Shown piece after piece: positions 46,284-58,849 of a DNA stretch of 64,000 nt. The first letter of the stretch is position 1. Every line of letters begins with the position of its first letter. The stretch spans positions 2,418,001-2,482,000 of the forward strand of contig JAMWBK010000004.1 in the NCBI GenBank assembly GCA_029953675.1, written 5' to 3'. The position numbers and the translations under genes were made by a program. This stretch comes from Rhodosorus marinus CCMP1338. Its lineage: Eukaryota; Plantae; Rhodophyta. The notes below the pieces were generated by a model, which had not been told where the DNA came from, ran no database searches, and was given only the letters and a program-made list of their open reading frames with translations.

Positions 46284-47871
46284 ATCAAACCCCACCAAAC
46301 CACCTTCCCCGCACCCCGACAAAAGGAAACTCTTTCACCGAACCGATCTAACAAAACAACAGTAAATCCATCCAATTCTCCTCTCCGACGCTCTCTCTCT
46401 CTCATCGATCCTCCCCCATTCCAAACTTTCTGCTCCTACCAAAAGCAGTCTTCCCTTCCCACCTCACCCCCACACACAAGTAGTCTCCCTCCTCCCCAAA
46501 TACCCAAAATCCAAATACATTGATTTTTCCATCCAAAACAAATCCCAATCACCAAAATGAAAGATTCATGAGAAGCTCTACAAAAACAAACTCTATATGA
46601 AAATAGTTCAACCAATTCATTAACAGCAAATATTAATTTTCCGCTATCCATTGGATGTAATAATATAAATAAAAGAATAAAATAGAACTCTATTAATTAT
46701 TTAGTACTAAACGTATTCATGTATATTATATTTATGATGTAATTTTAAAATCATGCTGTATAAGATAAGAAAATTTAGATAATCAGTGGAGGACGGTCTC
46801 TTTTGGATTAGCAGTCTGGGAAGCTTTTTTCCATAGAAAGTATATTTTGTAAAACTGAAATACATTTATAGGTTTTTTGTTGTTCGTGGGATAGATAAAA
46901 GGGGGGTTGGGATGAATTGAAGTTTTTTGTCATTGAATTGTAAGTGGAAAACGATTTGTGTCCACATAATCTGATTCGAGGTTGGTTTAACGGAATTTTT
47001 TCATGTCCATCAGGTTGTTTGGCAATGGATATGAGCGGATGGGGATTCTCTTATGTTTTCTTGCGATCGGAAGGCTGGAGTCCAGAGTGAAATCGTCGCG
47101 AAGGGGGTGGAAAGGACGATTAAGGTAGTAGGAGCTGATATAGAGTTACTAGACTGTGCACCAGCAACTTTCCATCCTAACGCAACTTCGTATCTACCAG
47201 CACTACGTTCTTTCCCTTGGGCGAAGGTCTGCCATGAAAACGGGAGCCTTTCGCTTTGAAGGCTTCCGATTAGTAACTAAATCTGGCTTGGAGTGCCTTT
47301 GCAATTGTTTTACTGACTGTCTGGAATATCTGATGCCTTGAGTTGGAGCGCAACGGTAGTACTTCGCTTATAGAGGGTGGCATACCTTTGAATAGTAGCT
47401 CCGTGGTTGCACTTTGCGCTCGAGCCGGCAGCACGTTGGGCCATCATACCGGGCTTTTTTGGGGTTGCGGTTTCCGGGTACTCTAGCGGAGCTGTGACCC
47501 CGGCGGGATAAACAGGAACGAAAGACGCGCCCACGCACAATCCAATCGCACGGCAGGGTTTTCAATTGAATTCGATTGAATAGAGAGTTCCCTCCCTGTG
47601 GACCACATACCGCTCCGCTAAGGTACCCGGCAACCGCGACTCTCCCCTAAAGACCACGCTACTCCGCAAAAGATTCTGAATGGCTAGACACAAGATCGGC
47701 GAATGTTTACATCCCCTGTTTGAGATCCTGCTCTTTTGTCAGGAATCTCCTGGGCAAATCAACGCCGCTTACGGTCTTGAAGCCGTTGTCAAGACTTAGT
47801 TAATGCTATACGGCAGATTCAGCTTTTGAGTAGCGTCGATTCGAAGTATCATATAAGGCTGGTTTGTCAGT

Positions 47872-48306
47872 TCAGCAGAAGCTTTACGAATTGCTGTCGT
47901 GGATGTGCAAAGATTCCTAGGAGAGGTCTGGTGGTTCCGGAACCAATAAAACAGTCCGCTGTACGATTGACTCATGGAAGAGTCTAGTTGTTTTGCGTTC
48001 ATCCCTTTTCGCGTCGAAAATTGTGAGCTTCGAACGGTGTTTAGGATTATAGGTGACGACGTGGATTCAAATACAGGCCTTGATCTCCTCTAGAGCGTCG
48101 ATCAGGCAGAGCAGACAGTAGAAGTGTTCGCGAAAGTGCGGCTCGAAGAATTCGTGAATGACTGCGCAAGCGAAGACGGCTTTTTCTTGTCCGGTGGGAA
48201 CGAGCATCAGGCCGACTAGCGGCAACGGCTCAGTGATAGCCTGCGGCTAGACAAGACCGAGTGACTAGAAGAAGAAAGGGAGGCTTGCAAAAGCCCCTCG
48301 GCCATG
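47872..48306 (+). pseudogene. Probable decayed protein-coding gene (may extend from about 47000)
   Basis: The + frame reads SAEALRIAVVDVQRFLGEVWWFRNQ*...VEVFAKVRLEEFVNDCASEDGFF with 5 stops. By my count 57 of 145 codons start with G (~39%), a coding-type bias. Confidence 0.45.
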
Positions 48307-48451
48307 GGGCTTGGCTCTGTTTCTGCTCTGTGGCTTCAGAACTTGAGACTGAGTTCCGTGATTCCTGCATTGGACCACGGACGGGAATCCTGTTGAAAAA
48401 ATGCCTCTTCTGTAACGCCATTGGCAGTTTCAGTTTAGAGTTTGGACGGAC

Positions 48452-48493
48452 TAGGGTCTTTACGCCTAGATAGGGTCTTTACGCCTAGATAGG
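48452..48493 (+). repeat. Perfect 19-bp tandem duplication
   Basis: TAGGGTCTTTACGCCTAGA twice, followed by TAGG. Confidence 0.95.
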
Positions 48494-48617
48494 CGGACTC
48501 CAGGAAACCGTAAATCTCCCCTCTAAGACAACAGTCGTCCAGTTTCAAAAAAACTTGCCTCTTTCCTCAGCCCGTTTTATTACTTAGATCTTTGCATTGT
48601 CACAGATAAGTTTGAAA

Positions 48618-49151
48618 TTACTCGGTCTCCTCCACGCGGACTCTGGCCTTGGAGTTAGTGACCTTCACATCAAGCTCCGCAGCGCGGGAGATGATTTCCT
48701 TTCGCTTCTTCGAGGATACGTTATGGGCGATCTCAGCAGCGTATGTTCGGTTATGCATCAACAGAAGGTCGAGCTCCTTGACATTATTGACGACAAACTT
48801 ATAGAATCCGTTGGGCATCAAGTGTCGCGTTTTCTTGTTCGAGCCATAACCAATATTAGGCATAAGCACCTTTCCACGGAACTTTCTTCGGACCTATGTA
48901 AACCAAATCAACCGAAAAGAACAGAGAACGCATTAGATCATTTCGACAATTTCAAAGCTCGAACTTTGTAATTATGACAATGCCATGCAACAAATTCCAA
49001 AACAGACGAACGACTCTCAACTTACACATGAGTCAATACCCTTCGGTCTCCTCCAGCTCTCCTTTACCCTCAAGTACCTATCAGTATGATGCCTCTTGAA
49101 CTTCTTCGTCCTCTTCTTGACAACCTTCGGTTTCTCCAACGGAACCGCCAT
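48618..49151 (-). CDS. RPL32: 60S ribosomal protein L32 (eL32), 2 exons
   Basis: [48 protein letters not shown] and [18 protein letters not shown]. Intron 48894-49025. Confidence 0.98.
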
Positions 49152-50930
49152 TCTAATACAAACCACAAGGAGTTACCAAACAAAACTTCAGCCATCCAAA
49201 AACAAACAAAAACCCCAAGCCAAAACAACTCTAGCAGAAGATCTGCAGCAACACTCACCTTCCTAATCCTTCAAAGTCACTCCCCTAAACACTCCAATAT
49301 GCCCTTCCCAAAGGAGCCAATCCTTCCCACATCTTCACCCTCTCCCTCCGACTAAATGCCCCGTTCACTAACCGAAACCAAATACCTTTCTTGCTCGTCG
49401 CGGTCACAAAAGTTAGTCAACTTCTCCATCGCGACGTCCGTCGCCGTCGATAATAACCTACCCCTGGCCAAAGAACTCCGCCAACTTCTCCCCCCAAAAA
49501 GGAGATCGGGCAATACAAATCGACGAATAACCCGGGGTAAATAAACTCATAATACTATAAATAAAACATACTTTCATATTACTACTCCTTCTATTGGGAG
49601 GGGTTCATGACATCCTCAAAGAAGTGCCCTGAAACATCTAAACCCCCCTGCAGGGTTCGGTGAGTAAGACCAAGCGGATGATACAAAAGGGGGGGTACGA
49701 CAGTCTAATTGTGAACTAAAATCGATGAAACTTTTAGAGTTAAATAGACATTGGAGAAGGTTTTTCGTTGGCACAATGCACGGCCCTTTTTTTGCTGAAA
49801 AAGGATCTTCTTGAGCGTCCTTTTGGACAGGCTGTCGAATAGATAAGATGTGTTTTTGCAATGGGGAATGGGGGGATTGATATCGGGGTAGTCGGGCCGA
49901 TGATAGGGTTGATGCATGCGAAGCGTTGAAAGTTAGTAGCAAGTCCCTGGCATATGCTTGGTCGGACTTTTGCAACTAAGAAATCGTGATCATCGGAGTG
50001 CTGCATTTGTGGGAGGTGCTTTCCGCGACACCTTTTTGAGACGTTTATACTGCGCTAAATAGCTTGTCAAAGGCCTGACAACGTGAACGGCAGCATTGGG
50101 CAGTGCTTTCTTCAATGTCTTTCCGTTCGCTCCAGCTTTTTCGTGTGTCCCTGCCGTGTAACCCTCGACCCGCTCGAGGCTTGCATCCCCGATAGGCAGC
50201 CCGCCTAGAGCTCCGAAGGTTCTCGGCCGGTTTTGTCTCTCCTCCCCATTACACTGGTGAATAGTTGACAACCCGTACCGCTGTCTCCAGTGCTGACACT
50301 CATTGTAAAAAATACGAGCTTATAGAAACCTACAGAAGAAGCTCGGGGTCACACATTCGGGTGCCCTCCGTCTGGAATAAAGCCGACGAAATTTCCAGGT
50401 CTTGATTCTCCTGGAACCACTGGAACCACAGAAACCACCATTTCCATGCCGGTCGCGACATCGACGATCCAGCAAGCTCGCGTTCTACCTGATGCTCACC
50501 ACGCACTTCTTTCCCATTCTTGTAGGAGGAACTCCGCCAGGAAGTACTTGCTAAATGAAATAATGATTGAAATCACTCTTTACAACGATATGATTGGATA
50601 TATCCGCAGTTAATAACCAATCACAGATTATATTTTCCAACTGATTTTTAACTTGATTGATTCTCGTCATGGCCGGTGCGCAACCCACACGGGCAAAATG
50701 ACTTAAGTCGACCGAGAGAAAGCTGCAATTCCCTGGAGCTTGAGAAAGAGTGCGGAGTAACGGAGTGAATTTGTTTTGGTTCATTTTAAGGTGTTTTGAA
50801 GAGCTGTGAGTATGCTCAGCGTTTGAGCTTTGACCCACCGTTTTCCGAGAATGTCCGTCGAGGCTTGAGTTGGTGAACGGCAAGGACAGGGTCAGGTTGG
50901 TTTTTTTTTTGTTTGGTAGACTTGGAGGGT

Positions 50931-53798
50931 ATGTCACGGTTGATTGTTAAGGGCTTACCCAAGCACCTAACTGAGGAGAGACTGAAAAATCACTTCTCAA
51001 GTGCTGGAGAGGTCACTGATGCGCGAATACGAAGAACCAAGGATGGTAGGAGCAGACAGTTCGGGTTTGTCGGCTTCAGAAGTTCTGACGAGGCGAAGGA
51101 CGCCAAAAGAATGTTCAACAACTCGTTCTTAGATACGAATAAGGTATCTTTTGTGTCGTATATCCACGTAGTAGTTTCTTATTCAGCCAGGAAGACGTCT
51201 AAGTCTGTTTCTTCTGTATCTCTTCCAGCTAAATATTGAGATAGCACATCCTTACGGAGATAATAGAATTCCTAGAGGTTGGAGCAAGTACACAAAAGGC
51301 ACTTCAGGTTATAGTAAGCTTCATCCCCAGGATGAAGTAGACGGCCAAGAGAAAACGGCCAATGAACCAGGAGATGAGAATGAAAACCGTAAGAAAACCA
51401 CTTCGGACAGGAAAAAGTCAGACAATTTGGAAGAGTTCATCGCCGCTGCGCAGCCGAGGTCGAGGAAATACGTCTGGTCAAACGACGATTCGACGAATTT
51501 CGTCGCGTCTGAAGTAAAAAAAACAGTCAAATCGAAGAAGCGAGGTGGAGAAGGTAGGAAGACCACCAGACAATGAGAAGTTCCCAGCAGTTCACAATAG
51601 GCCTATCCAGACTGTCGCTACTTGAAAGGGTCTAAAAGCCAATTCAGTGCAAAGCAGTCTATTGACTAAGCTCTTCCTCTGGTTTTTTGTCGGGGCAGGA
51701 GTCGCTCTGGAGAGGACTCACGTTACATTCGATGAAGATGAATCCGAAAACGACGAAGTTAACCACAGCGAAGAGAGCGGTGCAGAGGAGAAGCGCAAGG
51801 CCAGTAATGCAGACGCCGATTCATCCCAAGAAGAAAATGTCGCGAGAGATAAAGGTCTTACTGATCTTCAGTACTTCAAATTGAAAAGTGGTACGATTGA
51901 GGATTCTGACGAAGAGACTGATGGATCTCGTCCCTCCAGCGACGACGGAGACGACAACGAGGAGGACGATGCTGGTAGCAAGGATGCTCACGAGAATGCC
52001 CTTGATGATCAGCCTAAAACAGAAGAGATCCCGACCTCGGCGAATCCAGAACGTGCAAGTGCCGAGTCAGATGATGTGGAGCCTCTTTCGGAGAGCGGGA
52101 GGCTCTTTGTCAGGAATCTACCTTACGCAGCAACTGAAGAGGAACTTGAGGAACTCTTTCAGAAATTTGGAGCATTGGCAGAGGTTCATCTCTGTGTGGA
52201 CGCGACCACAAAGGTGTCCAAGGGTATGGCGTTTGTCATGTATGTTATCCCAGAAGATGCCGTGAGGGCTGTGTCGGAACTGGACGGAAGCGTATTTATG
52301 GGTCGACTTCTCCACATTCTCCCAGCGCGGCCTAAGGAGAAGAAAGAAGAGGCTGCTGGCCATGCTGCTGGTGATGAAGAAGGCCAGGGATCCTCATTCA
52401 AAAGAGACAAGCTGAAGAAACTCAAAGAAGCAGCTCGAACGAGATCTGATGTCGTAGCTTACAATCCACTCTTTATGAGCGGAGACGCTGTAGCAGGAGC
52501 CCTGGCGGAACGATACATGGTCGACAAGGCAGAGATTCTCGATGACGAAAACGCCGCGGTCCGCTTGGCATCCGGCGAAGCACAGCTGCAGGAAGAAGTA
52601 CGGGAAGTTTTGGTAAAAGAAGGTGTAAACGTAGAGGCCTTTTCAATGATGGAGAAGACATCGATGAAGACGAAGAGATCTAAAAGCGTTATTCTCGTTA
52701 AGAACCTGCCAGCGGCAACAACCGCAGACCAGATTCGGGACAAGTAAGTACCAAAAGCATGTTCTAGCTGCCGAACGTGAAGTAATGAGACTGACTGGTT
52801 TCTGCAACCCTAGGTTTCTGAAGTTCGGATCACTTGGACGGGTGGTCGTGGTGCCATCCGGTCTGATTGCTCTTGTTGAGTATCTCGAAGCATCTGATGC
52901 GAAGAGGGGCTACAGCACACTTGCTTATTCTAGATTTCGTGAGAAACCGCTCTATCTTGAATGGGCGCCGCTTAACGCATTCAAAACAGAATTGTCTAGT
53001 CCAGCTACCGCCGGTACTGAGCAGCGGGAAGGCCGGCAGCAGGCGTCCAGGAACGTTGAGAACGAGGACCGCGCTCCCGATGAATCGACGAAAACAATTT
53101 TCGTGAAGAACTTGAACTTTTCTACCACCGACGAGGGCCTCCACAGGCTTTTCTCGAAGAAGAACAAGATCAAGAGCGCGAAGATTGCAAAGCGAAAGAC
53201 TGATTCCAAATCCATGGGATATGGATTCGTGGAGTTCGAGGATGGTTCTGAAGCTATGATAGCATTGAAGAAGATGCAAGGTGCTGCCCTAGATGGCCAC
53301 TTGCTGGAGCTTAAATTATCCAGGACGGGACAGAGGGAGACGGGCCTTGCAGGGACAGGATCAACGAGAAATATACGGACGTCAGCGGAGTCAGCGAAAA
53401 GCTCTAAGCTCTTGGTGAAGAACCTGGCCTTTGAAGCGTCGCGAAAGGAGGTCCGACAATTGTTCAGCTCTTATGGTGAGCTGAAGTCGGTTAACCTCCC
53501 CCAAAAGTTCGACGGTACTTCACGAGGATTCGCGTTCGTAGAGTTCAAGTCCAAATCTGAGGCGGCTGCTGCGATGTCTGCGTTGAGGGCCACGCATTTC
53601 TATGCGAGAAGACTGGTCATTGAATATGCTGAGGAAGAAGCAGACGTGTCGACAGAGAATGAAGCTGCCATGGCGCAGAGAATGAACAAAGAACAGCTGA
53701 AGTCAAGGCCAACCAAGCGCCGGAGGACGAACACAACTGCTGAAGACGGGGGGACTATGGATGGAGGCGATGAGGCTGACTACGAGATGTATAGATAA
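50931..53798 (+). CDS. RBM19: Multi-RRM 40S biogenesis factor RBM19/Mrd1, multi-exon
   Basis: MSRLIVKGLP...SRQFGFVGF, ESGRLFVRNLPY, SKGMAFV, FMGRLLHILPA, AVRLASGEAQ, VILVKNLP, KPLYLEWAP, TIFVKNLNFST and SKLLVKNLAFEA...RGFAFVEF RRM signatures. Confidence 0.95.
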
Positions 53799-54170
53799 GC
53801 GAGCAAGGCTGCAAATTGGACATAGTGAAAATGTTCTAGGAAAAATACGGAACTCAATGCCCTGAGTATTGAAGCTAACAATATCATTTTTGTTTTTAAT
53901 TTACTCCCGTAAAATCGAAAAAATTGGCCAAAAAGCAAATTCATGCTTCGGTGAAAACTCGTTCTACATGATGTCACTGATCCATGCAGCTCGTCCTGCG
54001 AAAGCCACCTAACCACTTCGGAAGCTACCACTGCGGTGCGGTTACAAAGTGCACCAAAGGCGGTCTCGTGATCGGGAAGGCGTTACAGCGTGGAGCTTTT
54101 CGGTGCAGCTAAAGAAACAAAATTTTGGCCTTGATGAAAACCCGGCAGCGCCAACGTCGTTGACGACGCT

Positions 54171-56412
54171 TTAGGCAATCGCTTCCGCAATCGCTTCAGG
54201 GCTCGGGGGAGTTGCGTTCGTGTCAAATGACTCTCCTGTGATGAGTTGGTAAAGCATGATGTATCTTCTTCCGAGCTCCACGACCAAGTCCTCAGGAGCC
54301 TCAGGCAAAATTTCGTCCTTGTAAGGGTCGCAATTGTCACTGAACCAGAGTCGGAGGAACTCCTGAACAGGACGCACAGGCATCGTATGAACGCGCTTAG
54401 CTCGAATACAGCCGAAAGCTGGCTGGAACTCAGTCAATTACCTTGTCAACGTTTTCGGGGTTCTCGCCCTTGTTAAATCTCTCGTCAAACGTTGGCGCAA
54501 TCCAGAACCTGGATGAATCAGGCGTGTGGATCTCATCGATCAAGCGAATAACACCATCTGCATCCTTCCCAAACTCGTACTTCGTGTCAACCAGTATAAG
54601 TCCATTCTCTCGAGCAAGCTCCTGTCCATAAGCAAAGAGCTCCATCGATGCCTTGGCGCAAGCCTGCGAGATTAACCATCAAGCAAGAGGCAGCTTCAGT
54701 CAAAAGTAGGTGGGTGGAGTCGTGCTCCAAAGCCTGCAGGTTGTACGCACCTCGAAGTCTTGTTGAGTCATGAGTCCAGAGGACACGATTTCTGCTGGTG
54801 AGATTGGCTTGTCGCCAAACTCTTCCTTTGTCGTTGGAGTAAGAACGTTTTCGTCCAGCTTTTGATTCTTAATGAGGCCCTCCGGGAAATTAATACCGCA
54901 GTAGTTGCGGACTCCGTTCTTATAGTTGGTCCACAAGCTCGTGCTAGTTGAGCCTGTGATGTAGCCACGGACTACGAACTCAACAGGGAACGGAGAGCAT
55001 TTCTTGGCAACTGTGGGCAAGGAAATTTTGTGCTTAGATTTCTTCACCACTCATTTCCTTGATAGTGTGAAGATAACTCTGCCAGCGCTTTCGTACCGGT
55101 AACATACGGATGTGGAACAGACAATACGTGGTTCGGTACAATATGCTCGGTCTTCTTAAACCACCACGCAGACGAAAGGTTCAGGACCTGGCCCTTGAAA
55201 GGGATGGCAGCAAGGACTCGATCGAATGCTGATTGTCGGTCAGTTGTAACCAGATAGATCTTATCCCCAGCATCGTACTGATCCCGAACCTGCGGAAGTG
55301 ACCGAGATGCGCTGAGACTAGGGTTCACGTGACAGATATAGTTTACTAGGACATCACTCGCTGCTAACCTTCCCGCTTCTCTTCTCCGACGCTCCAAAGG
55401 TGGTGCCTAGGTCGGTCTCCGTAATCACATCTTTCGTTTGGTGTCTTGCTTGAATTTCCGGGGTGAGACTTGTGGATGTTGCGAGTACGTCGTCAACAAA
55501 CAGCCTGTGATCAATTTCCAAATTTACGAACTCGATTCAGTCTTGCGAACATCCCTATCAGAAAACATCTGACAAGCTCAGGTCACTACCTCTCGCGATT
55601 TCTGCGCTGCAGGTCGGCAACAGCATCTCTGACCTTCGAGTTGTTGATTCCCAAGATCTTAGCAGCCATAAGAGCTGCTCCCTGTACGCAAAAAGAAACG
55701 TTTGTGTTAGTCATCACGTTCCGGCTTGCTTCAGTTTCTGAAGCACGACTTACTGCAGGGTCGAGAACCAGGGCTGGGGCAACGCCGCCTGGCATGCGAA
55801 TGGAAGAATACAGATCGGTTCCTCCAAAGGCGTCACTGTACGGCGGGCATGAAATCACTGGAGCTGTAGTCTACACATCGAACGAACGCCAAACTTTTGC
55901 ATTCAGATTACAGAAACGCTTTTAGTGATCCCAAGTCGGAACACTTACCGCACAATCAAGGACACCGCTGAGCGCATTCGATCTGCCGGCAACACCAATG
56001 AAGACCTTTGGTCGCGGATCTTCGTTGTACGCTTCGATAACCTTCAATAGCCTCGCGGGAACCTGGAAACCGAAGGAAATTGATGATCTGAGTTGAACTG
56101 TGCGTTCCTCTCATTCGTCCAGAAGGCAGTGAAACAAACCTTATGCGCAGAAGCGATTCGAAGATCGGCATCGATGCCAAACGCTTCGAGGGCCTCCGCT
56201 ATCTTCTTACAACGATCCATATCCGAGGCGGAGCCCATCAGGATCGGACAAACTGGCTTCAACCCTTCACCTGAAGTCGCGTCCATTGTGACAAGCGACC
56301 TGGAACCACGTCTCACTCCTAGTCCGAAGTTCGGTTTCACAGCCTGGCAGCCAAGCGTAGAAGCGCCATTCTTTCCGGTAGCAATACCAGTCCCAGTGAC
56401 AAAACCCAACAT
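54171..56412 (-). CDS. purE-purC: Plastid-targeted bifunctional AIR carboxylase (class II PurE)-SAICAR synthetase (PurC) fusion, multi-exon
   Basis: Transit peptide MLGFVTG. PurE motifs [24 protein letters not shown] and PVISCPP...DLYSSIRMP. In-phase splicing through a linker into PurC motifs [68 protein letters not shown] and EFLRLWF. Confidence 0.92.
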
Positions 56413-57645
56413 CCTTAAGCCCTTTTTCGACCGACAAACCTCCAAACGCCCGTCTTTTCTTTCTCTGAAAGCAAACCAAAAAAGGGCTATCCCCTCCTCC
56501 TCTTCCACATCCACCGCCCACGTGCCCCGATCTCAACCACCACCGTTCCCAACTCACTATATAGATTCCCGGTCACCACCAGTGCAATTGAAAGGGCTTG
56601 CAAAAACTCCAATAGGAAACGACGAAAAACCAGAAAGGAAAGAACTAAAAAAAGGAAAACGAATGGGCCCAATATGATTGTCAAATTCCTCTTGAAACCC
56701 TGCGACGGCCACTCTCTTCTCAAAAATAATTCTTCCCCGGGGTATCGACCCATTTTACACCATCCTAGACATTTATCGACAATCATTTTCACAGTACTAA
56801 CACTAGAAAAAGCAAATTATACCCTCTTTAATTTCATAAAAACATCTTTGTACGTCTTCTATTCCGTACTATAAATCCTATAAACGTCATTGCTGCCGTC
56901 TGCATCGATCTCAGTGGACGGAAGATTAATGTTTTCCGTTAGAAATTAAACATACCGGGGTCAAATTTCTCGAAAAAAGGAGGAATTCGGTTAGCCGTGA
57001 TTTTCAAGGCGATGTCATGGAGGCGATGAATACTGCTATATTTGTTTTATTGTTTCAACCTTTTTGTTTTATGGAGTTCGAATACCCCCCCTCTAGCCAA
57101 AGGGTGGGGGAAGCAACGTTCGGGATCGACGGTGGGACTTAATAAATGGAAATTTATTTTTTAAGTGACACGTGTGAGATAATGAATGAATGATCTACAT
57201 TCCTCAGTAAATGATTCGAAGAAGGATGGGTTCTAAGACACGTGGTATATAATAAAGGGATGTTGGTGGCATAAATTTGTGTTTTTATTGTTTTTTAGTA
57301 CGCTTTGGATGGTGGGATTTTTTTTGCTGGACTATGTTGTTTACAATTGACTTATTGAACAGTATCTGAAGGTCGGAACGGAAAGAAGAAAGCAAAGCTG
57401 ACCGTGTTTCTTGTTTGGTGATAGAGGGTTCTGGCAGATTGCGTGCTGAATGAGCTTGTGCTAGTTTGGGGGGTCTTACTTGGAGCCGCGGTTCTTGGAT
57501 CTTGCTGACCGGTGTGGAGGTGTGAGGTGACCTACCATATGCGTCGTAGTTGGGTTGGGTTGGGGGTTGAACGTACGATTCAATCTTAGGTAACCAACTA
57601 GACCGACTCGCCACTGTGGAGAGCTTGATCTAGTCTTTGGATGGC

Positions 57646-58104
57646 ATGGGATGGATGGAGGCATGGGGTTTAGATGCGGTTTATTGGATCCTGGTGACCA
57701 TGATTGTGTCCGTTTTGCTGCTGTCTTACTTGTACTCGTACCTGCTTTTCAGTGACTTGCAATCTGATATGATGAATCCCGTTGAGCTGTGTGAGAGGGT
57801 GAATGCCATGGTTGAGCCTCAGTACATGTCATCAGCTGTATTTTTGGCCTTGTTGATTCTGAGGGGACAGCTCCTGCTAGCTGCCGTTGCGATTCCAGTT
57901 TTCGCGTCCCATTTCAACATTTCCAGCATGAACCTTCACCGACTTGATACCACCACCATATTATCCACCGTCTCGAGAGAAAAGCAGATGTGTGCCCTGA
58001 GACTGGCTCTTTTGCTTGTCATCTTCTTCTATACTATTTTCGAGCTCCTAAAAACTGTCGTTGGGGTTCAGAGCCATGGCCATGCATGGTCCATCCTCGC
58101 GTAG
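57646..58104 (+). CDS. Cornichon/Erv14-family ER cargo receptor, intronless
   Basis: SDLQSDMMNPVELCERVNAMVEP matches the cornichon DL..D..NP...C..N...P signature; three hydrophobic segments. Confidence 0.85.
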   Translation: MGWMEAWGLDAVYWILVTMIVSVLLLSYLYSYLLFSDLQSDMMNPVELCERVNAMVEPQYMSSAVFLALLILRGQLLLAAVAIPVFASHFNISSMNLHRLDTTTILSTVSREKQMCALRLALLLVIFFYTIFELLKTVVGVQSHGHAWSILA

Positions 58105-58849
58105 TAGTTCTTCCTAAAGAAATCCTAACTCAAACGAACACCGATTCCATCACACAGCGCGGAAGCTCCCAGCCTCCACACAATTTTCCTGCTGTCGAGA
58201 TCCAGAATACAATCAGTAAATGCCTACGTCCGCGCGAGATACAGGCGTACTCGACCCTCTCCGCGATAAACGACAGAAGCGGCATGTTAACCGAATAACT
58301 CCTGCATTCTCGAAATGTGCTAGGAGCGAAACAGTCTGATAAGTGCACAAGGTTTCCGACTTTCACAGGCGCGCCTCAACCTCAACGCACTAGCGACGAA
58401 GATGTGCGATCCCCAAAACCAAACAAAGCGCAATTTCCAGTCCTTCCTGACTGTCAATTATATGCAAATATACCGGCACTCATGATTTCCACTCATCGTT
58501 TATTCTCGGTCTCAGCAAGCAGTAACACAGCCATGGGCTACAAGCCCATCCACGGCATCACCACGACCCGATGCGACTCAATGCCGCGTTCAACGTTTCG
58601 CCTCTTCAGAAATCCGCTCACTGTCCCACACCGTCTTTGAACTCGAAGATCAGTTCTTTACGGACCAGATGTGGGACGTCCGGAAAATGCGTTTAAGGCA
58701 ATTAAAAAAAAAAACAACCATGAATCGCGAGATTGCGGGACAGCGATGGGCTGGTTAAGAGTGGTTGATAAGTTGGAGGTCATGCGGAGGGGGAATGGGT
58801 TGGTCAGATGCATGGCTAGGCAGGGCGTACTGAAGAGTAGTAATACAAG

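Noticed and set aside
51144-51152. U12-like donor GTATCTTTT in RBM19 intron 1
   Set aside because: It mismatches GTATCCTT and there is no TCCTTAAC-type branch site near the acceptor; the intron fits an ordinary U2 type.
57550-57568. (TTGGG)n runs here and on the minus strand at about 1190-1213 as interstitial telomeric repeats
   Set aside because: Only 3-4 degenerate units, the organism's telomere repeat is unknown to me, and G/T-rich leaders are common throughout the window.
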